The notes below the pieces were generated by a model. The model saw only the letters and a list, made by a program, of their open reading frames with translations, made no database searches and was not told the DNA's origin. The position numbers and the translations under genes were made by a program. Positions 38,822-49,956 of a stretch of 64,000 nt of DNA are shown here, piece after piece; positions within the stretch are counted from its first letter, which is position 1, and every line of letters begins with the position of its first letter. The DNA comes from a virus. The stretch is from positions 12,825 to 76,824 of the IMG/VR virus record IMGVR_UViG_3300022689_000178; one strand, given 5' to 3'.

Positions 38822-39808
38822 ATGATAGTATTACCGGAAATTGCAATAAAGAAAAATTTAGATATATTATTAAAAAAGTATTATACTGAATATAAAGATA
38901 CTAATCAAGCTAATCAAATAGGTACAATATCATTGAAAAATGGATATGATTGGAGCGCAAATAATGAGGCAATTAATATTAATGGTACAGATATTATATT
39001 CAATCAAAATAATGGTTCTATAACAGATGTAATTACACATTTCAATACTCAATTATCATTAGCAGGTATAAATAATATTTATGTATATGATGCGGGTGTT
39101 GGTCGTGTTGGATTACAAACTAATGTAAAAACAGAAAGTGTTCAATCATATACTCTATCCGATCCAATATCTGGAAATTCTGCTATTAGCACATTTGGTT
39201 TTAGAGTAGGAACATTTACCGGAACATTGGACAAATATTATAGTAGATTGTATTTATTATTTGCAGGGTTAGAATATGATAATTATATATGGTTAGATGA
39301 AATTGTCAAAATTTTAAAAGATACATATACAACTAAAAAACGACCAATAAAAATTTATCAAAACTATAATCGTATACCTAAAGAATCGCCACCATTAATT
39401 ATTATTACTTTTTCAGGCGAACAGCAAGATCAAAGGAATATTGGTATATCCGCTCGTGCTATACATTCACAAGATAAATCAATAAGTGAATGCTATTTTG
39501 AACATTACAAGGCAAATTTCTCATTACATATAATATCCGATAATAACAATGAATGTGCTTTATTATATAATTTTTTAAAATGTGTTATTAGGTCTAATCT
39601 TGCACAATTTAGAAGGGATGGATTACATGAATTTGAAATTAGCGGTGGAAATACAAATGTAGAAACCCAAATGCCAAATTTATTTGATTGGATAATAAAT
39701 TTATCATTCAGTTATGATTATAATATTCCATTTGGTTTTGAAAGAAATATATCACCGGAAACATTTGAACAAAATTTTGACAAAATCAATGGACAGGTGA
39801 TTATATAG
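38822..39808 (+). CDS. Tail terminator-like protein with inserted domain
   Basis: Position before sheath; LHIISDN..EC.LLY..LK. Confidence 0.55.
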   Translation: MIVLPEIAIKKNLDILLKKYYTEYKDTNQANQIGTISLKNGYDWSANNEAININGTDIIFNQNNGSITDVITHFNTQLSLAGINNIYVYDAGVGRVGLQTNVKTESVQSYTLSDPISGNSAISTFGFRVGTFTGTLDKYYSRLYLLFAGLEYDNYIWLDEIVKILKDTYTTKKRPIKIYQNYNRIPKESPPLIIITFSGEQQDQRNIGISARAIHSQDKSISECYFEHYKANFSLHIISDNNNECALLYNFLKCVIRSNLAQFRRDGLHEFEISGGNTNVETQMPNLFDWIINLSFSYDYNIPFGFERNISPETFEQNFDKINGQVII

Positions 39809-39846
39809 TTTTAAATAAACAGTAATATTTTAATAAAATTTTTGTT

Positions 39847-40017
39847 ATGGCTAATACTCCAAACAAGTCTAAAAAGACAGAACGTAAATTTACTCATATT
39901 GATTATATTGATACATTAAATATACCGATTGAAAAAAGAAATATGTTTAAACGACAATATAATTATTTATCAAAAGAAGTTAAAACTTTAACTGAATGGT
40001 CTAAAATCATAAAATAA
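39847..40017 (+). CDS. Small protein, 56 aa (MANTPNKSKK...); not in ORF track
   Basis: Translated by hand; 17 nt after CAGTAATATT and directly before the sheath gene. Confidence 0.55.
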   Translation: MANTPNKSKKTERKFTHIDYIDTLNIPIEKRNMFKRQYNYLSKEVKTLTEWSKIIK

Positions 40018-40024
40018 TTGAATC

Positions 40025-41674
40025 ATGCCACAAATAGTAAATTTTGACAATAAAACATTTATAGAACCGGTTGTATATTCCAGAATTATTTCCGGTATTA
40101 TTAATCCTCCAATTCCGCAAGAGTATGGAACAATTTTAATTATAGATACTGGTTTGGGGGCAAATTATGGAGGCGGCAAAGGTGTAAAAACAGGAGGTTC
40201 TGTTAATACTTTACAAGATTTTATTTACCAAATTAATAATGTGCAAGAAATATTGTCATTATTTAAAGGTGGAGCGCTTTATGACATATCTAAGAAATTT
40301 TACAATCCTGTACCAGGTGTGGCCGGTGCAAATAAAATTTTTGTTGCCCGTGCATCAGATACAACACAGGGCACTCTTACGTTAACCTTCACAGATACAA
40401 AACAAATAGTACAAAAAACAAGAGATGAGGGTATTATCGCAAATGGAGATATTACTACTATAACAGCGAAATTGTTAAAAGGATATGCCTGTAAACTTGT
40501 GGCTGGTACAATTGATCCTACTAAATTTAAAATCCAATATTGGATTGGCACATATAAAGGCAAAGATACAAACGGATATTATTACAGTAAAGAAGATGAA
40601 AATACTGCTGCCGATAGCCCTCAATTATTAATAGAAAGTGATGAATTTACAGATTTTCAAGATTTTATTGATTGGGCAGTAAACAATGAAACATATAACG
40701 AATGGTTTGAACTTGATACATTAAATACAGATACGGATGGGGTTGTGGCAACCGCCGATTTAACTTTATTAGCTGGATTTAATGTATTTGCAGGAGGGAC
40801 GGAAACTTATGATGCAAGTGCTTTAACCGCTGTATTAAATGCTATTGAAGAACTGGAATATACTTTCATTTTTTCTACTGAAATTGGAGCTACTACAAAT
40901 AATATTACAATTTTAAATCATATCCTTAATGATACCAAAAACTACAAGAAATTTTTGTATGTTGGAGGTTTTGCGACTAAAGATGAACGGGGTAATGCAA
41001 GTTCTACTGGCAATACTACAAGTATTGGAGCAGCAAAATTATTTGATTCTGAATATGCAAGCGTTGTTCATGGAGCTATTTATGAACCAGATTACAGAAA
41101 TCAATCTGCTTTTCCTACGATTAAAGTACAAAAGAATGCAATGTATAAAACCGCAATGTTGGTAGGGAGAAAGGCCGGAGCAAATCCAAATACAACAATG
41201 ACTTATAAAACGTTAGGTATTTTAATGGAAGTTGATCCATTAGAAAAACAAACAGATAGGGAATTGTTGTTATTATATGGTGTATTACATACAAGACAAA
41301 TATCGGAAGGTAATGTTGTTAACATGGACATTAACACATTACAAGGTAATAAAAACAAATACTTGTTTAATCCTAATGGTAGTTCTTATCAAAATTCAGT
41401 AATGCAAATTGAAGAACAAGTTAATAAAACATTAGTATTCAATTTGACTCCTAAAATTATTGGTCAATCCCGATCTTCTTTATCAAAAGCAGAAATTATT
41501 GAGGCTGTAAATTTAGAACTTACAGCATTATCTAATATTAATTTGATTATTGCTTTTGGTAATATAACAGCGGAACGAAATGGCACAAAATGGTTTATTA
41601 ATTATGAATTAGAAGTAGATACACCGTATGATGGTGCATTCATTACTGGCGTTGTATTAGATACTGGAAACTAA
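40025..41674 (+). CDS. Tail sheath protein
   Basis: IEP.VYS, FKGG.L, F.GGT, T.TYK.L, L..GVL, DINTLQ. Confidence 0.88.
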   Translation: MPQIVNFDNKTFIEPVVYSRIISGIINPPIPQEYGTILIIDTGLGANYGGGKGVKTGGSVNTLQDFIYQINNVQEILSLFKGGALYDISKKFYNPVPGVAGANKIFVARASDTTQGTLTLTFTDTKQIVQKTRDEGIIANGDITTITAKLLKGYACKLVAGTIDPTKFKIQYWIGTYKGKDTNGYYYSKEDENTAADSPQLLIESDEFTDFQDFIDWAVNNETYNEWFELDTLNTDTDGVVATADLTLLAGFNVFAGGTETYDASALTAVLNAIEELEYTFIFSTEIGATTNNITILNHILNDTKNYKKFLYVGGFATKDERGNASSTGNTTSIGAAKLFDSEYASVVHGAIYEPDYRNQSAFPTIKVQKNAMYKTAMLVGRKAGANPNTTMTYKTLGILMEVDPLEKQTDRELLLLYGVLHTRQISEGNVVNMDINTLQGNKNKYLFNPNGSSYQNSVMQIEEQVNKTLVFNLTPKIIGQSRSSLSKAEIIEAVNLELTALSNINLIIAFGNITAERNGTKWFINYELEVDTPYDGAFITGVVLDTGN

Positions 41675-41688
41675 AAAACTTATAAAAA

Positions 41689-42195
41689 ATGACTGAAGTA
41701 GATGTTTTACATAGTGCGCTTTTAAAAATCAAAATTGACAATGAAGTTGTAGGCGCTGCAACTGGTCTTACCTTCAATGAAGGTTTTAATATTATTGAAG
41801 CTAAAGGAATTGGTGATTTTTACCCTCAAGAATTAATTAAAACAGGTGGAACTATTCGGGTAACTGCAAATGTTTTTTATATTGAAGCATTGGAGAATCA
41901 TCCATTTACCAAAAAATCTTTAAAAAGAGATACGGGTTTGGGTAGAGAAGGTGTGGAAAAATTTATAAATAATCAATTATTTAATACAAAAAATGTTGCT
42001 ATTGAAATTTACCGGAAAATTGGTGAAGAAATTGATGCCGATGGAAATGTTATTGCAGAAGAAGAATCACTTTTCACAATTGACGGTTTGATTATGGAAA
42101 GTAATGATTGGTCAATAAATGTTGATCAAATGATTACTGGCAGTTGTACATTCAGGGGTAAAAATCCAATTGTTCGACCAGTGGTGAAAGAGTAA
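41689..42195 (+). CDS. Tail tube protein
   Basis: Follows sheath; KID..VVG.A.GL...E......GIG.FYPQE. Confidence 0.85.
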   Translation: MTEVDVLHSALLKIKIDNEVVGAATGLTFNEGFNIIEAKGIGDFYPQELIKTGGTIRVTANVFYIEALENHPFTKKSLKRDTGLGREGVEKFINNQLFNTKNVAIEIYRKIGEEIDADGNVIAEEESLFTIDGLIMESNDWSINVDQMITGSCTFRGKNPIVRPVVKE

Positions 42196-42224
42196 TTTTT
42201 TCATATAATTATAATTTTTAGATA

Positions 42225-42256
42225 AAAAGGAATATATTTGTATATTCCTTTTTTTT
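42225..42256 (+). terminator. Terminator after tube gene
   Basis: AAAAGGAATATA/TATATTCCTTTT. Confidence 0.8.
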
Positions 42257-42290
42257 CATGTAGAATATTTACAAATTAAAACATAATAAA

Positions 42291-42743
42291 ATGAATGAGA
42301 ATGAAAAAATAAAAATCGTATTTGAAACGAATGGGGCAAAATGCGAATTTAATTTAACATTAGGAACAAAAATAAAAGATGTACGGAATATTGAATTAAA
42401 TACAGTAAGAATTGCACCGGATTTACTTCAATATCCTACAACGAATGAAGGTAATTTTCTTTTTAGATTATTAAGAGGTTGCGTGGTATTTTATTCATTA
42501 ACAAAAAATGAAAAATCACAAGAAAGTGAATTTAGTAGTTTTTTTTGGACTAACAAAGATGCAATGATTAAATGGCTTCAAGATGGCGATTTTGATATTA
42601 CAGATACAATAGCGAATCAAATTGTCAAACAATATGATTCATATTCTATACATAGAAGTAAAATTATAGAAACTGATGGATTGTATTTTTTTCGTAGACA
42701 GCCGGACAAATCAAAAACAAAGATTGATAAACCCGGCAAATAA
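42291..42743 (+). CDS. Tail assembly chaperone (G-like)
   Basis: Between tube and tape measure genes. Confidence 0.55.
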   Translation: MNENEKIKIVFETNGAKCEFNLTLGTKIKDVRNIELNTVRIAPDLLQYPTTNEGNFLFRLLRGCVVFYSLTKNEKSQESEFSSFFWTNKDAMIKWLQDGDFDITDTIANQIVKQYDSYSIHRSKIIETDGLYFFRRQPDKSKTKIDKPGK

Positions 42744-43038
42744 AAAAGAATCAATTGCATATTTCAATAAAAAATTTGTAAGACAAATAAATCGGTTTGT
42801 TGAATATTGGAATAAATTGTATTATTTTGATTATTTTTATCGTAAAGAATTTAAAATACCAGCGTTTTGTAAAAAACATTTAAAAACAGATATACGAAAT
42901 ATTTTGTTTTGGTATAAAGAAACATTGTATTATAAAGAGATTGAAAATAGAAATAATCCAAACTATATAACTGATGAGCAAAAAGAATCAGCGTTAAATG
43001 AAGCCAAAAGACTAATAGGAAACAAAAAAAAGGGATAA
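42676..43038 (+). CDS. Tail assembly chaperone (T-like), probably reached by frameshift
   Basis: Overlaps the previous ORF in the +1 frame across a T7 run; WN..Y.FD...RK...IP motif. Confidence 0.5.
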   Translation: MDCIFFVDSRTNQKQRLINPANKKESIAYFNKKFVRQINRFVEYWNKLYYFDYFYRKEFKIPAFCKKHLKTDIRNILFWYKETLYYKEIENRNNPNYITDEQKESALNEAKRLIGNKKKG

Positions 43039-43084
43039 TATCCCTTTTTTTGTTTTCAGTAATATTGATATAAAATAAAACAAT

Positions 43085-45355
43085 ATGGCAGAAAAAAAAA
43101 TAAATATTACCGGAGATTCGCAACAATACCAACAAGCAATAAAAGATGCTCAAAATGCACAAAAACAAGCATCGGAAAGTTACGTAAATGAAACTAATAA
43201 AAGAATACGTAAATTATCGGAGGAGCAAAAAATTTTAGATGATCAAAAAAAAAATTCACAAGATTTACAAAACACACAACAAAATTTAATAGGCAAATTA
43301 GATAATGATACTACTAAAAGAATTGATAGTTTACAAAAAGAAAAACAATTAGTATCCGATATAACAAGAGAAAATCAAAAATTATCGGATTCTTTGCGTA
43401 AAAATATGTCTATTGAAGACAAAGATAGATCTAAAACAGCATCGGATAGAATCAAAGAAAGTAATTATAATGCACGTAAAAAGGTACAAGAAACTGAAAC
43501 AAGTGAACAGCAAAAAGAGATACAAAAACAAACAAAAGAAGAAATACAGAATAAAGAAAAATTACAACAAATAGAACAAAAAAAACAAAGACAAAGAAGA
43601 AGGGAACAGCGGAGCGGAGGAGGTGTTGGTCAGGTGGCCGAAACCGGATTAAATACTACTATTGCACGAATGGGGCAAGCCATACAAACAGGAAAACCGG
43701 CTGAGGCATTAATGGGTGCAATGGGGGGTATGACAGGTTCATTATTAAGTATGATACCGGGTGTTGGTGGTTTATTAGGTGGAATTACCAATACTATTAC
43801 AAGTGTGGCAACATCCGCAATGGGAGCAGCATCCGAACGTTCAATGCAAAATTTATTAACAAAAAATTTAACTGGTGAATCATTAGAAGGAATATCCGGT
43901 TTAATGACTGCTACTGATGCAGCACCTTATATACGTAGTATATCAAAAGAGCGAGGACGTGCTGGTCAAGGTGAAATACAAGAACAATTACTTTTAGAAC
44001 GAAGGACAGGGCAAGATTTTGGAACATTCAGTCCATTAAATCGTTTTGAACAAATGTATGAGACGGAAGATATGAGTGCCGCAAGGTTAATGCAAAAGTT
44101 TTTAGAAAATGCCGCTAATAGTAAATTATGGAATATTGATAAAGGAGATTTTTCTGCTTTAGGTGATAAATTACAAATACAAGCTCAATTAATGCAAAGA
44201 GAAGCGGAATTGTCTGAAAATATAACAGGTGATAGAGCAATGGCAATTCAGATGGCTTTTGGTGCAATAGGTGGAGGTTTTGCAGATAATAGGTCTCAAG
44301 AACGTATTAGGAATATTGACGAGGCAATAAGAAATCCTACAAATAAATATATGCAAAATGTTGTACGTAGTGCAATAATGGCAGAAAATCCGGATGTTAG
44401 TTTATCTGAATTAAAAGATATACAAGCCGGAGGATTATTAAGTCCCCGTGTATTTGGTCGTGTATTACAAAATATTAGTACTTTGCCGGCCGAACAGCAA
44501 CATTTATTTTTACAAACTATGATACCATCTTTTGTAGGTAACAGAGAGGCACGGGAATTATTATTAGAAAATAAAGATTTATTTATGGGTGATTTTACAC
44601 CGGAAGAAATCACAGAAAAAATTACTGCAAGGGTAGGAGGTGGAGAAAAAGAAAGAAAAAAAATTGAGGATATTGTAAGTAAAACAACATCTACTCCCGC
44701 CGATGATTATCGTAGAAAAATGGTAACATTATTAGAACGGATTGGATTTTACCTTAATGATAAAATTTATCCAATTTTAGAATCCGTTCTACGTGTTGTT
44801 ACTGTAATTGGTGAAATGTCAGGAGAAGATTTTATTCATAAATTAATTGGCAAATCAAGTTTAGCCGGGTTTGGTTTTGAATCTGTTAGAGATTGGGTGG
44901 GTGATAGAGATTTTGGCGATGCTATGTATGAAGCAGTTTTTGGAGAAAGAGCACCAAGTTTTAAAGGAACACCCACTAAAGAAGAAACTGAAAAAATGGC
45001 CGGAAGTATAACCGGAGGTAAAGTAAATATGGTATTAGACCCTGAAACAGGATCGTATATACCTGAACATTTAGTTAATGTATTAATACCTGAAGCAATG
45101 GGAATAAAAGACCCAGTAGGTCGTAAAAAAGAATTATCACAAACATTAAAAAAAGGTTTTGAAGGTTATTCTGAATATGAATCTATAAAACTTGAAAAAG
45201 AATTAACAACTATCAAAGATGTATATAAAGAAAATACAGAATTAACAAAATTAATTAGTAAATTACTTATAAAAATTGATGGATATATGGAAAAACAAAA
45301 ATTTGACGAGACTAAAGGAAAAACAGATATGGGTACACCAAATATATATAGATAA
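43085..45355 (+). CDS. Tape measure protein
   Basis: N-terminal coiled coil, G/A-rich LLSMIPGVGGLLGG; position; late motif at 43057. Confidence 0.75.
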   Translation: MAEKKINITGDSQQYQQAIKDAQNAQKQASESYVNETNKRIRKLSEEQKILDDQKKNSQDLQNTQQNLIGKLDNDTTKRIDSLQKEKQLVSDITRENQKLSDSLRKNMSIEDKDRSKTASDRIKESNYNARKKVQETETSEQQKEIQKQTKEEIQNKEKLQQIEQKKQRQRRREQRSGGGVGQVAETGLNTTIARMGQAIQTGKPAEALMGAMGGMTGSLLSMIPGVGGLLGGITNTITSVATSAMGAASERSMQNLLTKNLTGESLEGISGLMTATDAAPYIRSISKERGRAGQGEIQEQLLLERRTGQDFGTFSPLNRFEQMYETEDMSAARLMQKFLENAANSKLWNIDKGDFSALGDKLQIQAQLMQREAELSENITGDRAMAIQMAFGAIGGGFADNRSQERIRNIDEAIRNPTNKYMQNVVRSAIMAENPDVSLSELKDIQAGGLLSPRVFGRVLQNISTLPAEQQHLFLQTMIPSFVGNREARELLLENKDLFMGDFTPEEITEKITARVGGGEKERKKIEDIVSKTTSTPADDYRRKMVTLLERIGFYLNDKIYPILESVLRVVTVIGEMSGEDFIHKLIGKSSLAGFGFESVRDWVGDRDFGDAMYEAVFGERAPSFKGTPTKEETEKMAGSITGGKVNMVLDPETGSYIPEHLVNVLIPEAMGIKDPVGRKKELSQTLKKGFEGYSEYESIKLEKELTTIKDVYKENTELTKLISKLLIKIDGYMEKQKFDETKGKTDMGTPNIYR

Positions 45356-45358
45356 AAA

Positions 45359-47551
45359 ATGAAAACAAAAATACTACATACAAAATTAATTATTGACTCA
45401 TTAGAAAATCAAATTATTGCTGAATATGGAGTTAATTCAAATGATTTAGATAAAATTGATATATCCGTTGATGATATTTTTAATTTAGAAATCAATGGTA
45501 TTAAAGTTAATCAACAAAATATTTTAGCAAAATATAATGAACGTGAAAAAAAACAAAACAATCAACAGGCACAACCAGAATATATAAAAAGTGGGAGTAC
45601 AATAACTATTCCGGCTGATTTTGATAAAAAAATAAAAACAATACAAAAACAAAAAACAGACACAGAGTGGCAATTAAAACAATATGGTTCAGTTTCGGAA
45701 TTTTTACCACAAAAAATAAAAGATTTATTAGAAGATCAAAAAAATAGACCTATTTATGATCAATCTGAATTTTTATCTGGTTCAAGTAGAAATTTATCAT
45801 TCGATGTAAAAAATATTTCTATTAGAATATTTGCAATATGTAAAAGTTTAAATGAAAAAGTAGTTAATATAAGTCCATATATAATAACTTGTAATTGGAA
45901 TACTACAATGGAAGGGGGTAATTTTTCATTAACAATAGCAAGTCCAACAGCCAGTTATGATAATCCTAAAACAAATGCAATACTAACTAATAGGGCGCAT
46001 TGGCAAAAAAATAATACTCAAACATATATAGCAAATAATGAATTAAATTTTCAATTTACAGATAGTGTTAATTATTCACAAGATGTCGATGGTCAAAATC
46101 GGAAAACTAACAGATATAAAAATTTTTATTTTGAGAAAATATTGCAATGTAATGATATTGTATTTATACGTGGTGAACGTATGTTAAACGAAGAAATTGA
46201 GAATACCGAAAATATTGATATATTAGAATATTGTGAACCAAAAGATTTAAAAGGGCGTGTTTGGGATATGATTGGATTAATTGATACAATTACAATTAGT
46301 CAAAATAATGCTGCCGGTGTTGTTACAATAAATGTAACTGGAAGAGATTTAATGAAAATATTAATTGAAGATAATCAATTGATATATCCAGAACTAATTA
46401 AATCAGATGGCACTACCGATATTGAAGCATTTTTACCCAATAAAATAATCAATTCACAAAACATGAAACAATCACAGGTATATAAACGATTGTTAGGTGA
46501 AATAATGGATATTACATTACAAACAAAACAAACAGTCAATAGATTAATTAATTATATTTTTGATGTGATGGCTAATATTCAAGTTACATATAAACCAGAA
46601 ACATTAAAAGCATTTGAAGAAGATCAAATATTTGTTTCTTATAATGAAAGACAAAATATATCAAAACGTATTGGAATATGGAATTTACATGAAGTATTCA
46701 TAGATGAAAGTGTGAAAAATAGATATGTACAAGATAGTTCAATTGGTACGGCGGGGGGTAATATACTTTCATTTATAAAAAAAGTATGTATGCCACCATT
46801 AGTTGAATTTTATACAGATACGTATAATGATAGATTTTATTGGATAGTAAGACAAACTCCGCATGATTACAAAAGTTATAAAGAAAATTTAAATTATGAA
46901 TTTCAAACAATTACTGATAAACAGGTATTAAATTTTGATATAAATATGAGTGGTGAAGATTTTTATTCTTTGTATAAATTTGATCCAAAAACATATATTT
47001 TCGGAGATGAGGATGAGGCTATTTATAAATTTCCTGCTGTATTTTTTAAAGAAATTGCAGAAATATACGGTATACGCTCATTAGAAATACCAAGCGATTA
47101 CATGATAAATGATGACCAAATTGCAAATTCAGAAAAACAAGCTATAAATGATTTACGTTACTTAATAGAAACATATTTATATAAACCATTTACCCGAAAA
47201 GGTTCTATAACACTAACAGGTGATAGGAGATTCAAAAAAGGAATGAATTGTTATTTTGAGGCTACTGATGAAATGTTTTATATTACAGGTGTATCTAATC
47301 AATACAATATATCAAATTCAGAAACAAGTAGAGTAACGGTTTTAAATGTTGAACGTGGTATGATAATAAAACATTATGATAAATATTTTAATATTGTAGA
47401 TTTTTCCGGTAACCCGGCCAATAATCCTATTACTAAAAAACAACAAAAAGAATGGAAAATAAATACACCGATTTGGGAATTTTTTCTGCAAAAAAAACAA
47501 TTTGATCCAATAAATTTATATAATGATTTACCATTACCAAATAAAAAATAA
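45359..47551 (+). CDS. Baseplate hub protein
   Basis: MIGLID.I, VTGRDLMK, PLVEFY.D, GSITL.GDRR.K.G, FYI.GV...Y, T.L.VERG. Confidence 0.75.
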   Translation: MKTKILHTKLIIDSLENQIIAEYGVNSNDLDKIDISVDDIFNLEINGIKVNQQNILAKYNEREKKQNNQQAQPEYIKSGSTITIPADFDKKIKTIQKQKTDTEWQLKQYGSVSEFLPQKIKDLLEDQKNRPIYDQSEFLSGSSRNLSFDVKNISIRIFAICKSLNEKVVNISPYIITCNWNTTMEGGNFSLTIASPTASYDNPKTNAILTNRAHWQKNNTQTYIANNELNFQFTDSVNYSQDVDGQNRKTNRYKNFYFEKILQCNDIVFIRGERMLNEEIENTENIDILEYCEPKDLKGRVWDMIGLIDTITISQNNAAGVVTINVTGRDLMKILIEDNQLIYPELIKSDGTTDIEAFLPNKIINSQNMKQSQVYKRLLGEIMDITLQTKQTVNRLINYIFDVMANIQVTYKPETLKAFEEDQIFVSYNERQNISKRIGIWNLHEVFIDESVKNRYVQDSSIGTAGGNILSFIKKVCMPPLVEFYTDTYNDRFYWIVRQTPHDYKSYKENLNYEFQTITDKQVLNFDINMSGEDFYSLYKFDPKTYIFGDEDEAIYKFPAVFFKEIAEIYGIRSLEIPSDYMINDDQIANSEKQAINDLRYLIETYLYKPFTRKGSITLTGDRRFKKGMNCYFEATDEMFYITGVSNQYNISNSETSRVTVLNVERGMIIKHYDKYFNIVDFSGNPANNPITKKQQKEWKINTPIWEFFLQKKQFDPINLYNDLPLPNKK

Positions 47552-47554
47552 ATT

Positions 47555-47860
47555 ATGTTTGCTCAAGTAAAAATAATATTAAATTACAGGGAAATAGATG
47601 ATGCCAGAGAACAAAAAGAAATCAATAATATTAATATAACAATACCAAAACCATTATACGATTATGATGATTTTTATTTTAATATCATAGATGTTCATTC
47701 ATTCCGAATAAACGAAAAAAGAAAAGAAATTATTATAAAAATGAATAATAATGATATTCATATATGTAAATATAATAAACAATTAAAAAATTCATTAATT
47801 GAATTTTTTAAAAAAAATGATCCGGTTGTAATAAATGAAATCAAACTAAATGGAAACTAA
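47555..47860 (+). CDS. Hypothetical protein
   Basis: In tail operon. Confidence 0.5.
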   Translation: MFAQVKIILNYREIDDAREQKEINNINITIPKPLYDYDDFYFNIIDVHSFRINEKRKEIIIKMNNNDIHICKYNKQLKNSLIEFFKKNDPVVINEIKLNGN

Positions 47861-48756
47861 TGAATACGTATGAATCATATATAGTAATACCAAAAAATGT
47901 AGATAGAAATGATTTTGTTAAACGTTGTTTAAATAACAATGAAGTAGCGATCGGAAATCCGTATGGTTCATATCGTATTGCAAAAGATGCTGCAAGCATG
48001 GTTAATGATAATGATGGTATTATATCTACATTGGATTTTCCGGCCACATATAAAGAAATTGGTTCAAAAGTTATTGTTTTAGAATTACCATATTTCAAAA
48101 TTCCGCTTGTATTTTTAACCGGAAATGTAAAAAATCGATTTACTGCAAGTGAAGAAAAACAAATTAAATTATTTAAGCAAGGTGATGACAATAATAATGG
48201 ATTAATTGATATACGTGGCTTAAAAGGTATAATGGATTTGTCAGTATTATCCAATGTGGAAAATGGAGGTAAAATTAATATTGAGGCAATAAATAATAAT
48301 AAAGATATTGATAGTGAAATTAAAATAAAAGCAAATGTAGTTAATCATATTGTAACAATACTAAATACAACAGTAGAAAATTATTATTCATTAATAATTC
48401 GGAATAGTGAAAAAAAAGATGGATTCATGGAGTTGAAATATGAATTGGAAACCGGATTATCTTTTATAGATGAATTTAATAATCAAATTATTCAGATTGA
48501 GGATTATTTACAATTATTGCATCAAAAAAAAATAATATTTGGAGATGGAAATGAACCTTTATTATTAGGTGATACAACGGTAGATTTTATGAAAGACTTT
48601 TTAGAAACAATTAGAGACACTTATGCGGCTTGTACTGTTCCAACTGCTTTAGGTTTATCCGGAACTCCGGTAAATGCTCCTACTTTTGTAACGAAAATAA
48701 ATGATTTATTAGCACAAATTAATGAAATTAAATCACAATATACATTTACAGACTGA
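47860..48756 (+). CDS. Baseplate central spike (gpV-like)
   Basis: C-terminal FGDGNEPLLLGD...VPT..G.SGTPVN motif. Confidence 0.65.
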   Translation: MNTYESYIVIPKNVDRNDFVKRCLNNNEVAIGNPYGSYRIAKDAASMVNDNDGIISTLDFPATYKEIGSKVIVLELPYFKIPLVFLTGNVKNRFTASEEKQIKLFKQGDDNNNGLIDIRGLKGIMDLSVLSNVENGGKINIEAINNNKDIDSEIKIKANVVNHIVTILNTTVENYYSLIIRNSEKKDGFMELKYELETGLSFIDEFNNQIIQIEDYLQLLHQKKIIFGDGNEPLLLGDTTVDFMKDFLETIRDTYAACTVPTALGLSGTPVNAPTFVTKINDLLAQINEIKSQYTFTD

Positions 48757-49223
48757 TGCCATTAGATTTTAAAAAAACAAAAATAGAATTAAGAAAATTT
48801 ATGGATAATGAATATGAAAATTTTGTAGATTATCCAAGATCGGATGAAGAGGCAGCCGAAAAATGGGCTAATGCTGTAAATGAAGGCGCAAAAGGTGTTA
48901 TACCAATTTCATTAAATAGTGAAATAGCAAAAGAATCTTTTTATACAGCATTATTAGCTGCAATAAAAAGTAAAACAGTTTTAACGTTATTTCCAAGTAT
49001 TTTTCAAATATATGCAGTACAATTGGCGGCGGGTATGACAACACCGGATAAAACAGGAAATCCACCACCAGTAGCAATTGTTTTTATGCCTGTATATATT
49101 TTAGGTTTTGCAGGTGCAAAACAAATAGATTGTATTAATGCAATGATTCCGATCATAGATACATGGTTTAAAACTGGCTTTGTGGTTAATAATAGTACGG
49201 GTGTAACTATAATATGGCAATAA
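48756..49223 (+). CDS. Baseplate-associated protein
   Basis: Coupled to spike gene; IDTWFKTG motif. Confidence 0.5.
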   Translation: MPLDFKKTKIELRKFMDNEYENFVDYPRSDEEAAEKWANAVNEGAKGVIPISLNSEIAKESFYTALLAAIKSKTVLTLFPSIFQIYAVQLAAGMTTPDKTGNPPPVAIVFMPVYILGFAGAKQIDCINAMIPIIDTWFKTGFVVNNSTGVTIIWQ

Positions 49224-49236
49224 AATAAATAATAAT

Positions 49237-49953
49237 ATGGCAACAATAATACAACAAGCGGAAGATACAAGGCAAGCTTTATATAATGTTGGAGAGGCAT
49301 TTGCACATGCTTTGTTTCCAAACCAGTTTGAATATTACTTTTTTGCATTTGAATTGGAGGATGATAAACAAGTTACGGATAGATTTATTTTTCCTATTTC
49401 ACCTAAAAGTATAAGTATATCTGAATCAAAAATTGCAAATGTTCAAAAAACAAGTGGAGGTGTGGTAAATTTATTTAATACAAGTTACAATCCTTTAACT
49501 ATTACAATACAAGGTAATTTCGGAAGAGACTTTAAGTTATTTTATGCAAACAAAAAAAATGCAGATACTAACTTAATTTCAAATGAAAGTGAGTCAACAT
49601 GGGTAGATATATTTAATTTTATTAAACCGTTTGTAAATGAATTTTTATATACAGGTTTTGGCGCTTTTAATGAATTAAAAAGAATCATTAGAAAAAGTAC
49701 ACAATTAACTCCGACCGGTAAACCTTACAAATTAATATTTTATAATTTAGCTTTTTCGGAAATATATTTAGTTCAAATATTGAATTTTAATCCTACTATG
49801 ACAAATGAAAATAATTATATACATGAATTTTCATTAAGCATGCAGGCAATTTCATATTATAATTTTTATGATGCCATAACTGAAAAATATAATAATTTAT
49901 CTAATAGTATTAAATCAGTAGCTACACGGCTAAAAACTGCAATAAATAGTTAA
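49237..49953 (+). CDS. Baseplate/tube initiator protein
   Basis: F.FPISP.SISI.E....NVQKT.GG, ITIQGNFG. Confidence 0.65.
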   Translation: MATIIQQAEDTRQALYNVGEAFAHALFPNQFEYYFFAFELEDDKQVTDRFIFPISPKSISISESKIANVQKTSGGVVNLFNTSYNPLTITIQGNFGRDFKLFYANKKNADTNLISNESESTWVDIFNFIKPFVNEFLYTGFGAFNELKRIIRKSTQLTPTGKPYKLIFYNLAFSEIYLVQILNFNPTMTNENNYIHEFSLSMQAISYYNFYDAITEKYNNLSNSIKSVATRLKTAINS

Positions 49954-49956
49954 GAT

